Of a stretch of DNA of 32,000 nt, positions 16,566 to 25,836 are shown one piece after another. The notes beneath the pieces were generated by a model. It did no database searches. It was given only the letters and a program-made list of their open reading frames with translations, and had not been told where the DNA came from. The stretch is from contig NZ_PMZU01000042.1 of assembly GCF_003170075.1 (NCBI RefSeq), positions 10,655-42,654 of the forward strand. The letters run 5' to 3'. Position 1 is the stretch's first letter, and every line of letters starts with the position of its first letter. This DNA comes from Methanoregula sp. GTDB lineage: Archaea > Halobacteriota > Methanomicrobia > Methanomicrobiales > Methanospirillaceae. Made by a program: the position numbers and the translations under genes.

Positions 16566-16665
16566 ATCCAGACCTAATGTACCTATCTTCCAGAAAGCCG
16601 GTTTCCTGTATGAGAAGATCGTTTTTGATGTGGGTAAGAACGGGCATGCGATCCGGGAATAACCG

Positions 16666-16674
16666 AAAAAAAAA
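16666..16674 (-). terminator. T9 tract (A9 on plus strand) downstream of trmI
   Basis: ccgAAAAAAAAAtcat lies 23 nt beyond the trmI stop on the minus strand. Confidence 0.4.
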
Positions 16675-16696
16675 TCATCTTTTTACACTGTATCTC

Positions 16697-17422
16697 TTAC
16701 TTCCTCGAAATCGTGATATACCCCGAATGACTGATACTCGTCGAAGGCCGGGTCCCCCGCTTCGACCGGGTCATCTCCCGCTCGATCAGCTCGTGGGTAT
16801 GAACTTCCGGGAACCGCTCCTGCGCCGCATCGACCACGATTGCCATCTGCTCCAAAAACGGCGTGTAACAGGCCATGTATCCCCCGGCCCGCAGGTGGTC
16901 GAACGCGAAGGCCACGTGCTCGGTTGCGATCTGCAGGTCGAGGTGGATCACGTCATAGATGCCTTCAGCGGTGAGGACATCTGCGGCAACCGCTTCCACG
17001 TTGTCGAGTTTTGCTTCCTTGATATTTTTCTGTGCCAGTGCGGAGAAGTCGGGCCTGACCTCGTAGGTCTTCACGTGCGCCGCGATCCCGCCAAAATAGA
17101 TCGCCGCGATCCCGCTGCCTGTCCCCGCATCGAGCACCTCGTCGTTCCGGTTCATGCCGGTATACGCGATCACGAGACCGATGTCTTTTGGGAGCATCGG
17201 GGCGCCTGAGCGCTTCCCGTGCACGAAAAAGTCCGTGGGCCGGGGGATGCGGAGCACGAACCTGGCCCCGGTGTGCGTGGTAAACACGTCACCGGCCGCT
17301 GCCCCGACAACCGGCCCGAGATCCAGCTGGCCCTTATCGGTCGAGAGCGTGCCCTGGCCCGCCCGGACAAAAAATTCTCTTCCCTCGCCAACCAACAGGA
17401 CGCGGTCCCCTGCCTCGATCAT
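16697..17422 (-). CDS. trmI: tRNA (adenine-N1)-methyltransferase, TrmI/Gcd14 family
   Basis: N-terminal beta domain (GDRVLLVGEGREFFV) and SAM motif VLDAGTGSG. ATGA overlap with the nac stop. Confidence 0.8.
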   Translation of the reverse strand: MIEAGDRVLLVGEGREFFVRAGQGTLSTDKGQLDLGPVVGAAAGDVFTTHTGARFVLRIPRPTDFFVHGKRSGAPMLPKDIGLVIAYTGMNRNDEVLDAGTGSGIAAIYFGGIAAHVKTYEVRPDFSALAQKNIKEAKLDNVEAVAADVLTAEGIYDVIHLDLQIATEHVAFAFDHLRAGGYMACYTPFLEQMAIVVDAAQERFPEVHTHELIEREMTRSKRGTRPSTSISHSGYITISRK

Positions 17423-17760
17423 GGCGAGGAGAGTTTCACGATCGCTTCGGCGATATCGCCTTTTGTCGCGACAAGCGCTTCCTTGGCCTTCTCAATCGAA
17501 ACCTGCGCCTGCTCGGCGACCATCGCGACATCATCTGCGGGGATCTCGACGGCTGCCGGCTCAAAACGCGGCGTTCCCGTGACCTGGTAGGTCGTGACCC
17601 CCTGCATGGTCATCGAGCTCACTTCGGCGGAATCAAACGTGTATGTTCCCTTCGGTGTCTTGATCACGATACTCTGGACGTCTTCAATCGGCTCGACCTG
17701 CATGCCGAGCTTCTTCATCATCGCCTTCATCTGGCGCGGGTTGATGTTTCCCGGAAGCAT
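17419..17760 (-). CDS. nac: nascent polypeptide-associated complex protein (NAC alpha with UBA-like C-terminus)
   Basis: MLPGNINPRQMKAMMKKLGMQVEPIEDV... followed by the UBA-like VSIEKAKEALVATKGDIAEAIVKL. ATG 17760 has GGGAG 8 nt upstream. Confidence 0.85.
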   Translation of the reverse strand: MLPGNINPRQMKAMMKKLGMQVEPIEDVQSIVIKTPKGTYTFDSAEVSSMTMQGVTTYQVTGTPRFEPAAVEIPADDVAMVAEQAQVSIEKAKEALVATKGDIAEAIVKLSSP

Positions 17761-18199
17761 TTTTTTCACTCCCTTGTCGTACTCTTACCGCTACACCGTA
17801 ATTAAATGCAAGCATCTCCGCGCCTGAAAGGAGCGCAGCGCCGCAGGCAATGAGCCGATCTCCACCTGCGACCACCAGCACGTCGTCCCCCGCGCGGATC
17901 TGCGGGTCCGCGGCGACCATGTGCTTTGCAAACGCATTTTTTCCCTGTGCCACAAACTCCGCGACATCGTCACGGATCACGACCCGGTAGCCGGGTGCAG
18001 GGAGGAGCGCGTGGAGCCGTCGTGCTCCCTCGATCCCGAGGGTGAGTCGGCCGTCCGATGCCCTGACGGTCGCAAGCCTCGTTCCGCCATAGATGATCTG
18101 GCGGATACGTCCCGTCGTCGAGAATAAAAACTCGCAGCCTTCGGGAAAGAGCCCGGTTCCTGCGAGGTTCCCGAACTGGTAATCAGCGATTGCCTGCAC
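17684..18199 (-). CDS. pre-PUA/PUA domain protein
   Basis: (V/M)QAIADYQFG N-terminus and PUA-like C-half (IRAGDDVLVV...AFNYGVAVRVRQG). GTG 18199 is preferred because the upstream part overlaps the recJ-like gene. The 3' tail overlaps nac out of frame. Confidence 0.65.
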   Translation of the reverse strand: MQAIADYQFGNLAGTGLFPEGCEFLFSTTGRIRQIIYGGTRLATVRASDGRLTLGIEGARRLHALLPAPGYRVVIRDDVAEFVAQGKNAFAKHMVAADPQIRAGDDVLVVAGGDRLIACGAALLSGAEMLAFNYGVAVRVRQGSEKNASGKHQPAPDEGDDEEARHAGRAD

Positions 18200-19583
18200 C
18201 CGCGCAAGCGAACTGTTCTCCGAGTATCCTGTTGACACGGTTGACAAACTCCTGTTCAGCGGACTTGGGGATAAACGCTCCGGCAGCGATCTTGTGCCCT
18301 CCGCCCCCGCCGCCATATTCTGCCGAGGCATCGCTGATCGCTTTCTGGAGATCGATGCCCTTTTCGATGACCCTCTCGGTCGTGCGCATCGAGACCTTGG
18401 TGAGATTCTTGTCCTCAGGCACCTCGCACATGATCAGGATTGGTTTCTGGGCGTTGAGCTTCGAGAGGGCCATGCCCGCCCCGATCCCGACAATGGTGTC
18501 CGGGAACTTATTCCCAACACTGATGTACTGGACGTTCTCCAGTTCGGTGACACCGGTCTCGATGATATACTGGAGCAGGTTCCGGATAATTGCCCGGTGG
18601 TTGCCGAGCATGTGCTCGGCCTCGCGGTAGGCCTGGCCCCGGTCACCCCGGAGGATCGCGCTCCCGATGCCGGGTTTTGTCCACCTTCCGCAGGCGTTAA
18701 GGACCGTCGCGTATTCCTGCGCATTCCGCAGGGGGGTCCTCGGGATCTCGTCCGGGAACCGGTAGGTCTCCGCGAGAAGACGTTCGACGCTATCGCCGTT
18801 TGCGATCAGCTGCTCGGCAAGTGCCGATGTGATCGTCCGCCGGTCATCGTCGCCGAGTTCCTCCCAGACATACCAGCGCCCGTTCTGGGTCTGCTGCACG
18901 ATCCCGAGTTTCTTCAAAAACTGCTTTGCACCCTCGGGGTTGTTGCTAATCCCCTTCACAAACGGGTCGTCGTTGTACGCGAGCGAGAGGTAGACCGGCC
19001 GGGTCGCGGTGCCGTAGCAGTTGAGGTCTTTTTTACAGACCTTTACCGACCGGTGCCGGACGCCATCCTCGACAATCAGCTCCCGGGCCGGGCCGACAAG
19101 TCCGCGGGTCTCCCGGGCCATCATGTCACCGACATTTCCTACCACCGCGAGTTTTGCAAGGTCGATGTTTGCCTCGTCCATCTGCTTTGCGATGAAATAG
19201 GCGACTCCTGCAGCGCTCATTTTTGTGTACCCGTACGGGAGGCAGTTGACCTGCAGGAATGGGACATCGCCGGGCTGGCTTACGTGGTGGTCGACGATCA
19301 GCAAATCCTTCTCTCTGAGACCTCGATCGGCTAGGAGATTCTGCTGGCCGGCCCCGAGGTCGGTGAAGACCTTTAAGGAAGGATCGTCAGGCACTTGCGG
19401 CATGGTGAGCGGTTCGAGCTGCCGGACAAAAACGGAGCGGACGGTGATCCCGTGCCGGGAGATCGCCTGCGAGAGGATCGCTTCACTGGATATGCCATCC
19501 GCATCGATGTGGGAGATGATGGTTATCTCGTGCGCAGCCGTGATCTGTTCGGCGGCCGCCTTCACATCATCAGAGAAACCCAT
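18183..19583 (-). CDS. archaeal RecJ-like DHH/DHHA1 phosphoesterase
   Basis: ISHIDADGISS, LIVDHHV and GGGGGGHKIAAG motifs. Confidence 0.8.
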   Translation of the reverse strand: MGFSDDVKAAAEQITAAHEITIISHIDADGISSEAILSQAISRHGITVRSVFVRQLEPLTMPQVPDDPSLKVFTDLGAGQQNLLADRGLREKDLLIVDHHVSQPGDVPFLQVNCLPYGYTKMSAAGVAYFIAKQMDEANIDLAKLAVVGNVGDMMARETRGLVGPARELIVEDGVRHRSVKVCKKDLNCYGTATRPVYLSLAYNDDPFVKGISNNPEGAKQFLKKLGIVQQTQNGRWYVWEELGDDDRRTITSALAEQLIANGDSVERLLAETYRFPDEIPRTPLRNAQEYATVLNACGRWTKPGIGSAILRGDRGQAYREAEHMLGNHRAIIRNLLQYIIETGVTELENVQYISVGNKFPDTIVGIGAGMALSKLNAQKPILIMCEVPEDKNLTKVSMRTTERVIEKGIDLQKAISDASAEYGGGGGGHKIAAGAFIPKSAEQEFVNRVNRILGEQFACAGAGNR

Positions 19584-19610
19584 TACCTATTATTTATGGA
19601 GTCAATACAG

Positions 19611-21047
19611 ATGAAGTGTGTCATAATGCCCGACCTGACAGCCTGTGCAGAAGAGTTTCTTGAGGACGGAATCATTACTTATGAGCGGATGCGTGCGGTG
19701 GATGCAAACGCACAGGCGCTCGGGGTAACCGGCCTTCAGTTAATGGAGAGCGCGGGAAAGGCCCTTGCGGCATCCGTGCTCGCACTTCGCCCGAACGCGG
19801 TGTTAATCCTCTGCGGCCGGGGCAACAACGGGGGGGATGGGATGGTGGCGGCCCGGTACCTCCAGCGCGGGGTGGATACCACAGTTTGTTATCTTGATTC
19901 AGGAACGCGCAGCCCATCCTGTACCCACCAGCTGGCGGCGCTCAAAGGCTGCCGGGTGACGCTCCACCCGTTTGTGTCCACCGATGATCTACGGGCACTC
20001 TCTTCCCTGTTTTCGAAGGCTGATGTGATCGTCGATGCCCTGCTCGGGACCGGGGCTGCCGGGACGCCAAAGGAACCCCTTGCGACCTGCGTGGCGATGG
20101 TAAACGCATCTAGGGCAAAGATTATCGCGGCAGATCTCCCTTCACCCGGCATGCGGGCCGACAGGATCTGCGCGTTCCACCGGCCCAAGGTGGACGGGTC
20201 GGAGGTCGTGGATATCGGTATCCCCCTTGAGGCGGAGATATGCACCGGGCCCGGGGACCTGACCCTGATCCCGGTGCGGAAGAGGACAAGCCACAAGGGG
20301 GTCGGGGGCGAAGTGCTCGTGATCGGCGGCGGGCCGTACCAGGGCGCACCGTACCTCTCCGGTCTCGGGGCGCTCCGTGCGGGAGCCGATATCGTCAGGA
20401 TCGCGTCACCGGTCTTTGAGCCGGTGCCGGACCTCATCTACGAACGGCTGTCGGGAGACCGGATCGGCGATGAGCATACGGAACGGCTCATCGCGCTCGC
20501 GGAACGTGTGGACGTTGTCGTCTGCGGGAACGGCATCGGGACGGAGAGCCACGAGGTCGTGCTCGCGGTCGCCCCGCACTGTAGGAAAGCGGTCTTCGAT
20601 GCCGATGCCCTCCGGCTCCCGCTCCCGAAAGCCTGCGGCGAGACTATATATACTCCCCATGCAGGGGAATTTACCCGTATCTCCGGCGTCCGGCTTTCGG
20701 GGGATGCGAGCGATGCCTGCGGGAGGGCGCGGGCGGCCAAGGCTGCGGCGGCTACCCTCAGCGGCACTATCCTCCTCAAGGGGCCGGTGGATGTCATCAC
20801 CGATGGCAGCCGGGTCAGGTTTAACCGGACCGGCGACCCGGCGATGAGTGTGGGCGGGACCGGGGATGTGCTGGCCGGGGTAACGGGTGCGCTCCTCTGC
20901 CACCTGCCGGCATTTGAGGCAGCCTGCATCGCCGCGTACGCGGTCGGGAGAGCAGGGGAGCGCGTAGCAGAAGAGTGGGGCGAGGGGATGCTTGCGTCAG
21001 ATCTCGTTGACCGGATCCCCGGAGAATTGTTCAGGAGGCAGATGTAA
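19611..21047 (+). CDS. nnr: bifunctional NAD(P)H-hydrate repair enzyme (epimerase/ADP-dependent dehydratase)
   Basis: YjeF_N motif CGRGNNGGDG. C-terminal kinase-like GGGPYQGAPYL and GTGDVLAG. ATG 19611 is preferred; the track start 19395 lies inside the divergent recJ-like gene. Confidence 0.85.
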   Translation: MKCVIMPDLTACAEEFLEDGIITYERMRAVDANAQALGVTGLQLMESAGKALAASVLALRPNAVLILCGRGNNGGDGMVAARYLQRGVDTTVCYLDSGTRSPSCTHQLAALKGCRVTLHPFVSTDDLRALSSLFSKADVIVDALLGTGAAGTPKEPLATCVAMVNASRAKIIAADLPSPGMRADRICAFHRPKVDGSEVVDIGIPLEAEICTGPGDLTLIPVRKRTSHKGVGGEVLVIGGGPYQGAPYLSGLGALRAGADIVRIASPVFEPVPDLIYERLSGDRIGDEHTERLIALAERVDVVVCGNGIGTESHEVVLAVAPHCRKAVFDADALRLPLPKACGETIYTPHAGEFTRISGVRLSGDASDACGRARAAKAAAATLSGTILLKGPVDVITDGSRVRFNRTGDPAMSVGGTGDVLAGVTGALLCHLPAFEAACIAAYAVGRAGERVAEEWGEGMLASDLVDRIPGELFRRQM

Positions 21048-21529
21048 TGGTCGAGTTTACCCATATTTCCGATGGCAGGGCACAGATGGTGGATATCAGC
21101 GCAAAGACAGATGTCGTGCGCGAAGCGGTGGCAACAGGGAGGATCTACCTGCGGCCGGCGACACTTGAGGCCATCCGGGAGGGAACGGTCATCAAGGGAA
21201 ACGTGCTTGCCACGGCCCGCGTTGCCGCCACTCTTGCCGTCAAGGAGACGCCCCGCATCATCCCAATGTGCCACACGATCCTGCTTGGCGCCATTACCGT
21301 TGACTTTACCGAAGGCGACGGCTTTATCGAAGCGGTGGTCAGGACAAAATCCACCGGCAAGACCGGCGTGGAGATGGAGGCCCTGACCGGCGTCTCGGTC
21401 GCGCTCCTCACCATCTGGGATATGGTCAAGTCCGCAGAGAAGGACGAGCACGGCCAGTACCCCGTCACCCGGATCGAAGGCATACGGGTTGTGGAAAAGC
21501 GCAAAGGGGTAACACCGGCTGCCGCGTGA
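21047..21529 (+). CDS. moaC: cyclic pyranopterin monophosphate synthase
   Basis: MVDISAK..V.REA.A.G, IPMCH and GVEMEALTGVSVALLTIWDM motifs. TAATG overlap with nnr. Confidence 0.9.
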   Translation: MVEFTHISDGRAQMVDISAKTDVVREAVATGRIYLRPATLEAIREGTVIKGNVLATARVAATLAVKETPRIIPMCHTILLGAITVDFTEGDGFIEAVVRTKSTGKTGVEMEALTGVSVALLTIWDMVKSAEKDEHGQYPVTRIEGIRVVEKRKGVTPAAA

Positions 21530-21604
21530 TGGTGCAGTAATTTCCCATCCCCTTCCGTGTTTGCCCGCGCAGTGCCCGTGTACTTTAATACTCCCCCGGA
21601 TCCA

Positions 21605-21612
21605 TTTTATAA
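21605..21612 (+). promoter_or_regulatory. TATA-like box TTTTATAA upstream of rpl15e
   Basis: It lies 72 nt upstream of the ATG. A CGGGA-ttcg-TCCCG hairpin (21618-21631) would sit at about the predicted transcript start (~21637), not within the leader. Confidence 0.35.
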
Positions 21613-21683
21613 GAATGCGGGATTCGTCCCGTTAGAAAAGGAATGTAGCCTGTAATGGGCCGAACCTTGAGGTGTTATAACAC

Positions 21684-22274
21684 ATGGTAAAATCGATGTA
21701 TGCGTATGTCAGGGACGCATGGGCAAGACCTGACAAGTCCGAAGTAAAAGCAATGCTCTGGGACCGGATGCAGGAGTGGCGCCGCGAGGGCAGCGTCACC
21801 CGTCTTGAGCACCCGACCCGTATCGACCGCGCCCGCTCGCTCGGATACAAGGCGAAGCAGGGTATCGCAGTCGTCCGCGTCCAGGTACGCCGCGGTGGCC
21901 GCCGTGCTTCCCGGTACGTCCGGGCACGCCGGTCCGCACGCATGGGCAAGAACAAGCTCACGCCGGGTAAAAGCATCCAGCGGATCGCCGAGGAACGCGC
22001 ATCCCGTCGGTACCCGAACATGGAAGTCCTCAACTCGTACTGGGTTGGCCAGGATGGGAAACTGAAGTATTACGAGGTTATCCTCGTTGACGGCCACCAC
22101 CCATCCATCCGGGCAGACAAGAACCTTGCATGGCTCGCAAACCCCGCCCACCGTGGCCGTGCAGAGCGCGGCAAGACCTCTGCGGGACGCAAGGGACGTG
22201 GTATGAGGACCCGGGGACGGGGCACCGAGAAAACCCGCCCGAGCATCCGCTCCCATGCCAACCAGGGCAAATAA
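21684..22274 (+). CDS. rpl15e: 50S ribosomal protein L15e
   Basis: MYAYVRDAW...[11 protein letters not shown]...[21 protein letters not shown] is unmistakably L15e. Confidence 0.95.
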   Translation: MVKSMYAYVRDAWARPDKSEVKAMLWDRMQEWRREGSVTRLEHPTRIDRARSLGYKAKQGIAVVRVQVRRGGRRASRYVRARRSARMGKNKLTPGKSIQRIAEERASRRYPNMEVLNSYWVGQDGKLKYYEVILVDGHHPSIRADKNLAWLANPAHRGRAERGKTSAGRKGRGMRTRGRGTEKTRPSIRSHANQGK

Positions 22275-22304
22275 TCTTATCTTTTTTATGGCAATGGTAT
22301 CTTC

Positions 22305-22949
22305 ATGAAGATCACCGATGCCTGTGTTTATCCGTATCCTGTCGGTGACTCGTCGATCCGCAGGTTTGCGCTCGAAGCGCGCTCGTTTGGGTATGACAGT
22401 ATTGTCGCAGCAGACACGCCGGCTGCCGAGGTCTGCGGTATCACTGTGATCCCCGGTATCTTCCTTGCCGGCATCCCGGCAAAGGACGTCCAGAGCCGGG
22501 TGAAAAAGTGCAGGGGCTCCGGGGCGGTCATTGCCGTACAGGTCGGGGACAACGGGTTCAACCGTGCCGTCGCGAGCACAAACGGCGTCCACATCCTGCG
22601 GGGCATCCATGCCGCCGACAAGCGTGCGTTCGATCACGTGGCGGCAAAGATTGCGGCGGACAACAACACTGCCCTTGACATTGACCTGTCCCCTCTTATT
22701 TTCGGGCGCGGGCACCTCCGGCAGAAAGCGATCCACCGGTATATCGACCTGATGATCCTGTACCGCAGGTTCGAGTTCCCGCTCACCATCTCGTCTTCGG
22801 CACGGTCGGTTCTCGGCATGAGGGCCGTGCGTGAAGCCACCGGCCTCTGCTCGCTCTTTGGCATGGATGAGACTGACGTCCAAGCGGTGCTTGCCGGGGT
22901 TAGCCGGGTGACCGGACCGACCGAGAGTGTCGTGAAGGTGATCACATGA
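22305..22949 (+). CDS. rnp3: RNase P protein component 3 (Rpp30 family)
   Basis: TIM-barrel-like pattern. Its position directly upstream of Pop5 and psmA matches the conserved archaeal superoperon. Confidence 0.7.
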   Translation: MKITDACVYPYPVGDSSIRRFALEARSFGYDSIVAADTPAAEVCGITVIPGIFLAGIPAKDVQSRVKKCRGSGAVIAVQVGDNGFNRAVASTNGVHILRGIHAADKRAFDHVAAKIAADNNTALDIDLSPLIFGRGHLRQKAIHRYIDLMILYRRFEFPLTISSSARSVLGMRAVREATGLCSLFGMDETDVQAVLAGVSRVTGPTESVVKVIT

Positions 22950-23503
22950 GCATCCGACCCCCGACGCTCCGGGAAAAACGGCGGTATCTTCTCGCCCGTA
23001 TCGACCCGGCAGGCATGCCTGTTGAGACAAAGGATCTCTATTACGCGGTGTACGAGGCGGTGGTCTCGCTCTTCGGCGATATGGCGGCGGCAGCCATGCA
23101 GCCTTCGGTGCTTGCGATTGAGAGTGGGCACGCGATCCTGCGCTGCCGCAGGGGTGCCGAACGCGAGTTTGCGATCGCCCTCTCGACGCTTTCCACATGC
23201 CGGGACTGCACCCTTGCCGTGAGAGTAATCGCGGTATCGGGGACGATCGAGAGCCTGCGGGAGCGGATTGCAACGCTCGTGCCGCAGGAACCCGATGTCC
23301 CGGCTCACGATGGTGCCGGTGAAGGAGTGCCTGACGCCGATCCCTGCGAATACCGGTTCGGCACGACCCCGGTCGAACCGGTCGTATGGCACGGTCATAA
23401 GGTTGATGTCATAGAAAAGGGATTTAAAAATACACGCCGATTGTTCTTAACAACAGAAGATCTGGAGAAAATACATGCAACCACAATACCAGATGGGCTA
23501 TGA
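22946..23503 (+). CDS. rnp2: RNase P protein component 2 (Pop5 family) with ~70-aa C-terminal extension
   Basis: [16 protein letters not shown]-terminus and [12 protein letters not shown] are typical of Pop5. ATGA overlap with rnp3. The tail overlaps psmA by 29 nt. Confidence 0.7.
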   Translation: MSIRPPTLREKRRYLLARIDPAGMPVETKDLYYAVYEAVVSLFGDMAAAAMQPSVLAIESGHAILRCRRGAEREFAIALSTLSTCRDCTLAVRVIAVSGTIESLRERIATLVPQEPDVPAHDGAGEGVPDADPCEYRFGTTPVEPVVWHGHKVDVIEKGFKNTRRLFLTTEDLEKIHATTIPDGL

Positions 23504-24197
23504 CCGGGCGATCACCGTTTTTTCGCCTGACGGCAGGCTGTACCAGGTGGAATACGCCCGGGAGGCAGTAAAGCGCGGTACCACTGCGGTCGGTATCAAG
23601 GCACAGGACGGGATTGTCCTTATCGTCGACAAACGCATCAGTTCCAAGCTGCTTGAAGCAGCATCGATCGAGAAGATCTTCAGGATCGACGATCACATCG
23701 GGGTTGCATCCTCCGGTCTTGTCGGCGATGCACGTGCGCTTGTGGACCGGGCACGGGTCGAGTGCCAGATCAACCGGGTCTCCTACGATGAGAAGATCGA
23801 GGTCGAGGCGCTCGCAAAGAAACTCTGCGACCACATGCAGACTCTTACCCAGTACGGCGGCATCCGCCCGTACGGCACGGCACTTTTGATTGCCGGCGTC
23901 AGCGATGGCGAGTGCAGGCTCTTTGAGACCGACCCCTCCGGCACGCTCCTTGAGTACAAGGCGACCGGTATCGGTATCGGCAGGCCGGCGGCAATGAAAA
24001 TCTTCGAGGAGGAATACACGGCAAGCCTCTCTATTAAGGATGCGATCCTTCTCGGCCTCAAGGCACTGCACTCGGCGACCGAAGGCAAATTCGATGTCGA
24101 CACCGTGGAGATCGGCATCGTTGAAAAGAGCGATGCAGCCTTCAAGAAGATGACAAAAGAAGAAGTCGCATCGTACGTCGAACAGTTCAAACAGTGA
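23475..24197 (+). CDS. psmA: proteasome subunit alpha
   Basis: [36 protein letters not shown]. Confidence 0.95.
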   Translation: MQPQYQMGYDRAITVFSPDGRLYQVEYAREAVKRGTTAVGIKAQDGIVLIVDKRISSKLLEAASIEKIFRIDDHIGVASSGLVGDARALVDRARVECQINRVSYDEKIEVEALAKKLCDHMQTLTQYGGIRPYGTALLIAGVSDGECRLFETDPSGTLLEYKATGIGIGRPAAMKIFEEEYTASLSIKDAILLGLKALHSATEGKFDVDTVEIGIVEKSDAAFKKMTKEEVASYVEQFKQ

Positions 24198-24203
24198 TCC
24201 GGT

Positions 24204-24908
24204 ATGATCTCTCTTGAGAACGCGGTGGTAGCCCGTCTGGAAAGTTTCGGGGAACGGTTTGAAATCCTGGTCGAACCCCACCTTGCCGCCCGCGTACGAC
24301 AGGGAGAGAACCTCAACATTGAGGACGTAGTCGCGGCCCTCGACATATTCGGGAATTCATCAAGGGGAACCCGGGCATCCGATGAATCGCTTGAAAAGGT
24401 CTTCCACACCACGGACTTTGCAACGGTGGCAAAGAAGATCATCGAAAAAGGTGAGATTCACCTTACTGCTGACCAGCGTAAGGAGATGACCGAGGAGAAG
24501 CGCCGGCAGGTCATCACGTTTATCGCCCGGAACTCGATCAATCCCCAGACCGGCCACCCTCACCCACCGGCCCGTATCGAGAGAGCGATGGAAGAGGCCC
24601 GGGTCAATATCGATCCGTTCAAGCACCTGGACGAACTGGTCAAGGAGACCGTCAAGGCGCTGCGCCCGATCCTGCCGATACGGTTCGAGGAACTTCGTCT
24701 TGCAATACGGATCCCCCCCGAAAACGCTGCCCGCGCATACGGGGATATTGCGGCGGCGTGCACTATGGAGAAAGACGAGTGGCAGAAAGACGGGTCATGG
24801 GTCTGCGTCGTGCGGATCCCGGCCGGCATTCAGGGCGAATTTTACGATCTGATAAACAAGATCAGCAAAGGCGAAGGACAGGTAAAGATCCTCAATCAAG
24901 TATATTAA
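24204..24908 (+). CDS. SBDS/Sdo1 family ribosome maturation protein
   Basis: [18 protein letters not shown]... with a three-domain length of ~234 aa, in the conserved position after psmA. Confidence 0.9.
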   Translation: MISLENAVVARLESFGERFEILVEPHLAARVRQGENLNIEDVVAALDIFGNSSRGTRASDESLEKVFHTTDFATVAKKIIEKGEIHLTADQRKEMTEEKRRQVITFIARNSINPQTGHPHPPARIERAMEEARVNIDPFKHLDELVKETVKALRPILPIRFEELRLAIRIPPENAARAYGDIAAACTMEKDEWQKDGSWVCVVRIPAGIQGEFYDLINKISKGEGQVKILNQVY

Positions 24909-24951
24909 TTACGAGGACAAATATAGAAAGTCAATTCGGTGGATACTCATC

Positions 24952-25251
24952 ATGGCAAGCTCTGAAAAATCAGCAAAAGGAAAAGTAACCGGTAGTGCAG
25001 GGCGTTTTGGCTGCAGATACGGAAGATTTGTGCGCAAGCGAGTCGCAGAGATGGAAAAGATCTCCCGGGCAGATCACCTGTGCCCGAAGTGCGATACGAT
25101 GTCGGTTCAGCGCAGAGGCACGGGTATCTGGGAATGCCGGAAATGCGGGTTCAAGTTTGCCGGCGGCGCATACCAGCCCGAGACCCCGGCCCTCCGTGTT
25201 GCCCTCCGTGCCATCGACCGCACTAACGTCGTTGAAGGAAAGACCCAGTAA
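24952..25251 (+). CDS. rpl37ae: 50S ribosomal protein L37Ae
   Basis: GSAGRFGCRYG and Zn ribbon CPKC...CRKCGFKFAGGAY. Confidence 0.95.
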   Translation: MASSEKSAKGKVTGSAGRFGCRYGRFVRKRVAEMEKISRADHLCPKCDTMSVQRRGTGIWECRKCGFKFAGGAYQPETPALRVALRAIDRTNVVEGKTQ

Positions 25252-25263
25252 GTGGGATTTATA

Positions 25264-25398
25264 ATGGCAAGTACCTACAAGTGCGCACGGTGCAAACAGA
25301 AAGTGGAGATCGACGTCAACGTCCGGTGTCCCTACTGCGGCCACCGCATTCTCTTTAAAGAACGCGGCGCAGCAATAAAAGAGCTGAAAGCCAGGTAA
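25264..25398 (+). CDS. rpoP: DNA-directed RNA polymerase subunit P (Rpo12)
   Basis: Own translation: [44 protein letters not shown]. Zn ribbon CxxC...CxxC in the conserved position after L37Ae. Below the track size cut-off. Confidence 0.8.
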   Translation: MASTYKCARCKQKVEIDVNVRCPYCGHRILFKERGAAIKELKAR

Positions 25399-25408
25399 TG
25401 TTATGTAG

Positions 25409-25437
25409 TGCCGGAAGAACCGGCAGTTTCCTTTTTT
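25409..25437 (+). terminator. hairpin TGCCGG-aagaa-CCGGCA followed by T-rich tract (T6, then T5)
   Basis: Read directly, 11 nt after the rpoP stop. Confidence 0.4.
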
Positions 25438-25474
25438 ATCCTTGTTTTTCCCATATACCTTATGAGGTAATCCT

Positions 25475-25714
25475 GTGCCGCAGCATGAAGCCCTGTTCAG
25501 GTTTACGACCGATCACGCCGATCAGATCTACCGCTCGCTTCTTCCGGAGTTACAGGAGGATGTGAATCCCCGTTCTGCGACGCAGGCCTGGGTCGAGGGG
25601 ACCGATACGCTGGTCCTGCACGTTGAGGCGCAGGATCTCGCGGCGCTCCGGGCGGCGCTCAATATGTTCCTGCGCCTCGTAAGCGTTGCTGACGAGATGC
25701 AGCAGTTCTCCTGA
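25475..25714 (+). CDS. pcc1: KEOPS complex subunit Pcc1-like
   Basis: About 79 aa. The segment LVLHVEAQDLAALRAALNMFLRLVSVADE matches the Pcc1/CTAG pattern. GTG start. Conserved neighbourhood with rpoP and prefoldin. Confidence 0.65.
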   Translation: MPQHEALFRFTTDHADQIYRSLLPELQEDVNPRSATQAWVEGTDTLVLHVEAQDLAALRAALNMFLRLVSVADEMQQFS

Positions 25715-25836
25715 AAATCCCTGGTATCTGCGCAGTTTTCGTCCTGAACGGAAATTTCTGGATATTACCGCTCCAATGACACGTGCGGAATCATTTTTAT
25801 CGCTGGGAAATGAAACTTGATACGGAAGATACGATT

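Noticed and set aside
18294-19334. 346-aa plus-strand ORF
   Set aside because: It is antisense to the RecJ-like gene, which carries DHH/DHHA1 motifs. No motifs of its own and a biased composition.
20438-21451. 337-aa minus-strand ORF
   Set aside because: It is antisense to nnr and moaC. A shadow ORF.
21675-23273. 532-aa minus-strand ORF, the longest in the track
   Set aside because: It runs antisense across three well-supported genes (L15e, Rpp30, Pop5). Its composition is dominated by R/P/G/A, with no recognisable motif.
23424-24281. 285-aa minus-strand ORF
   Set aside because: It is antisense to the unmistakable proteasome alpha subunit gene.
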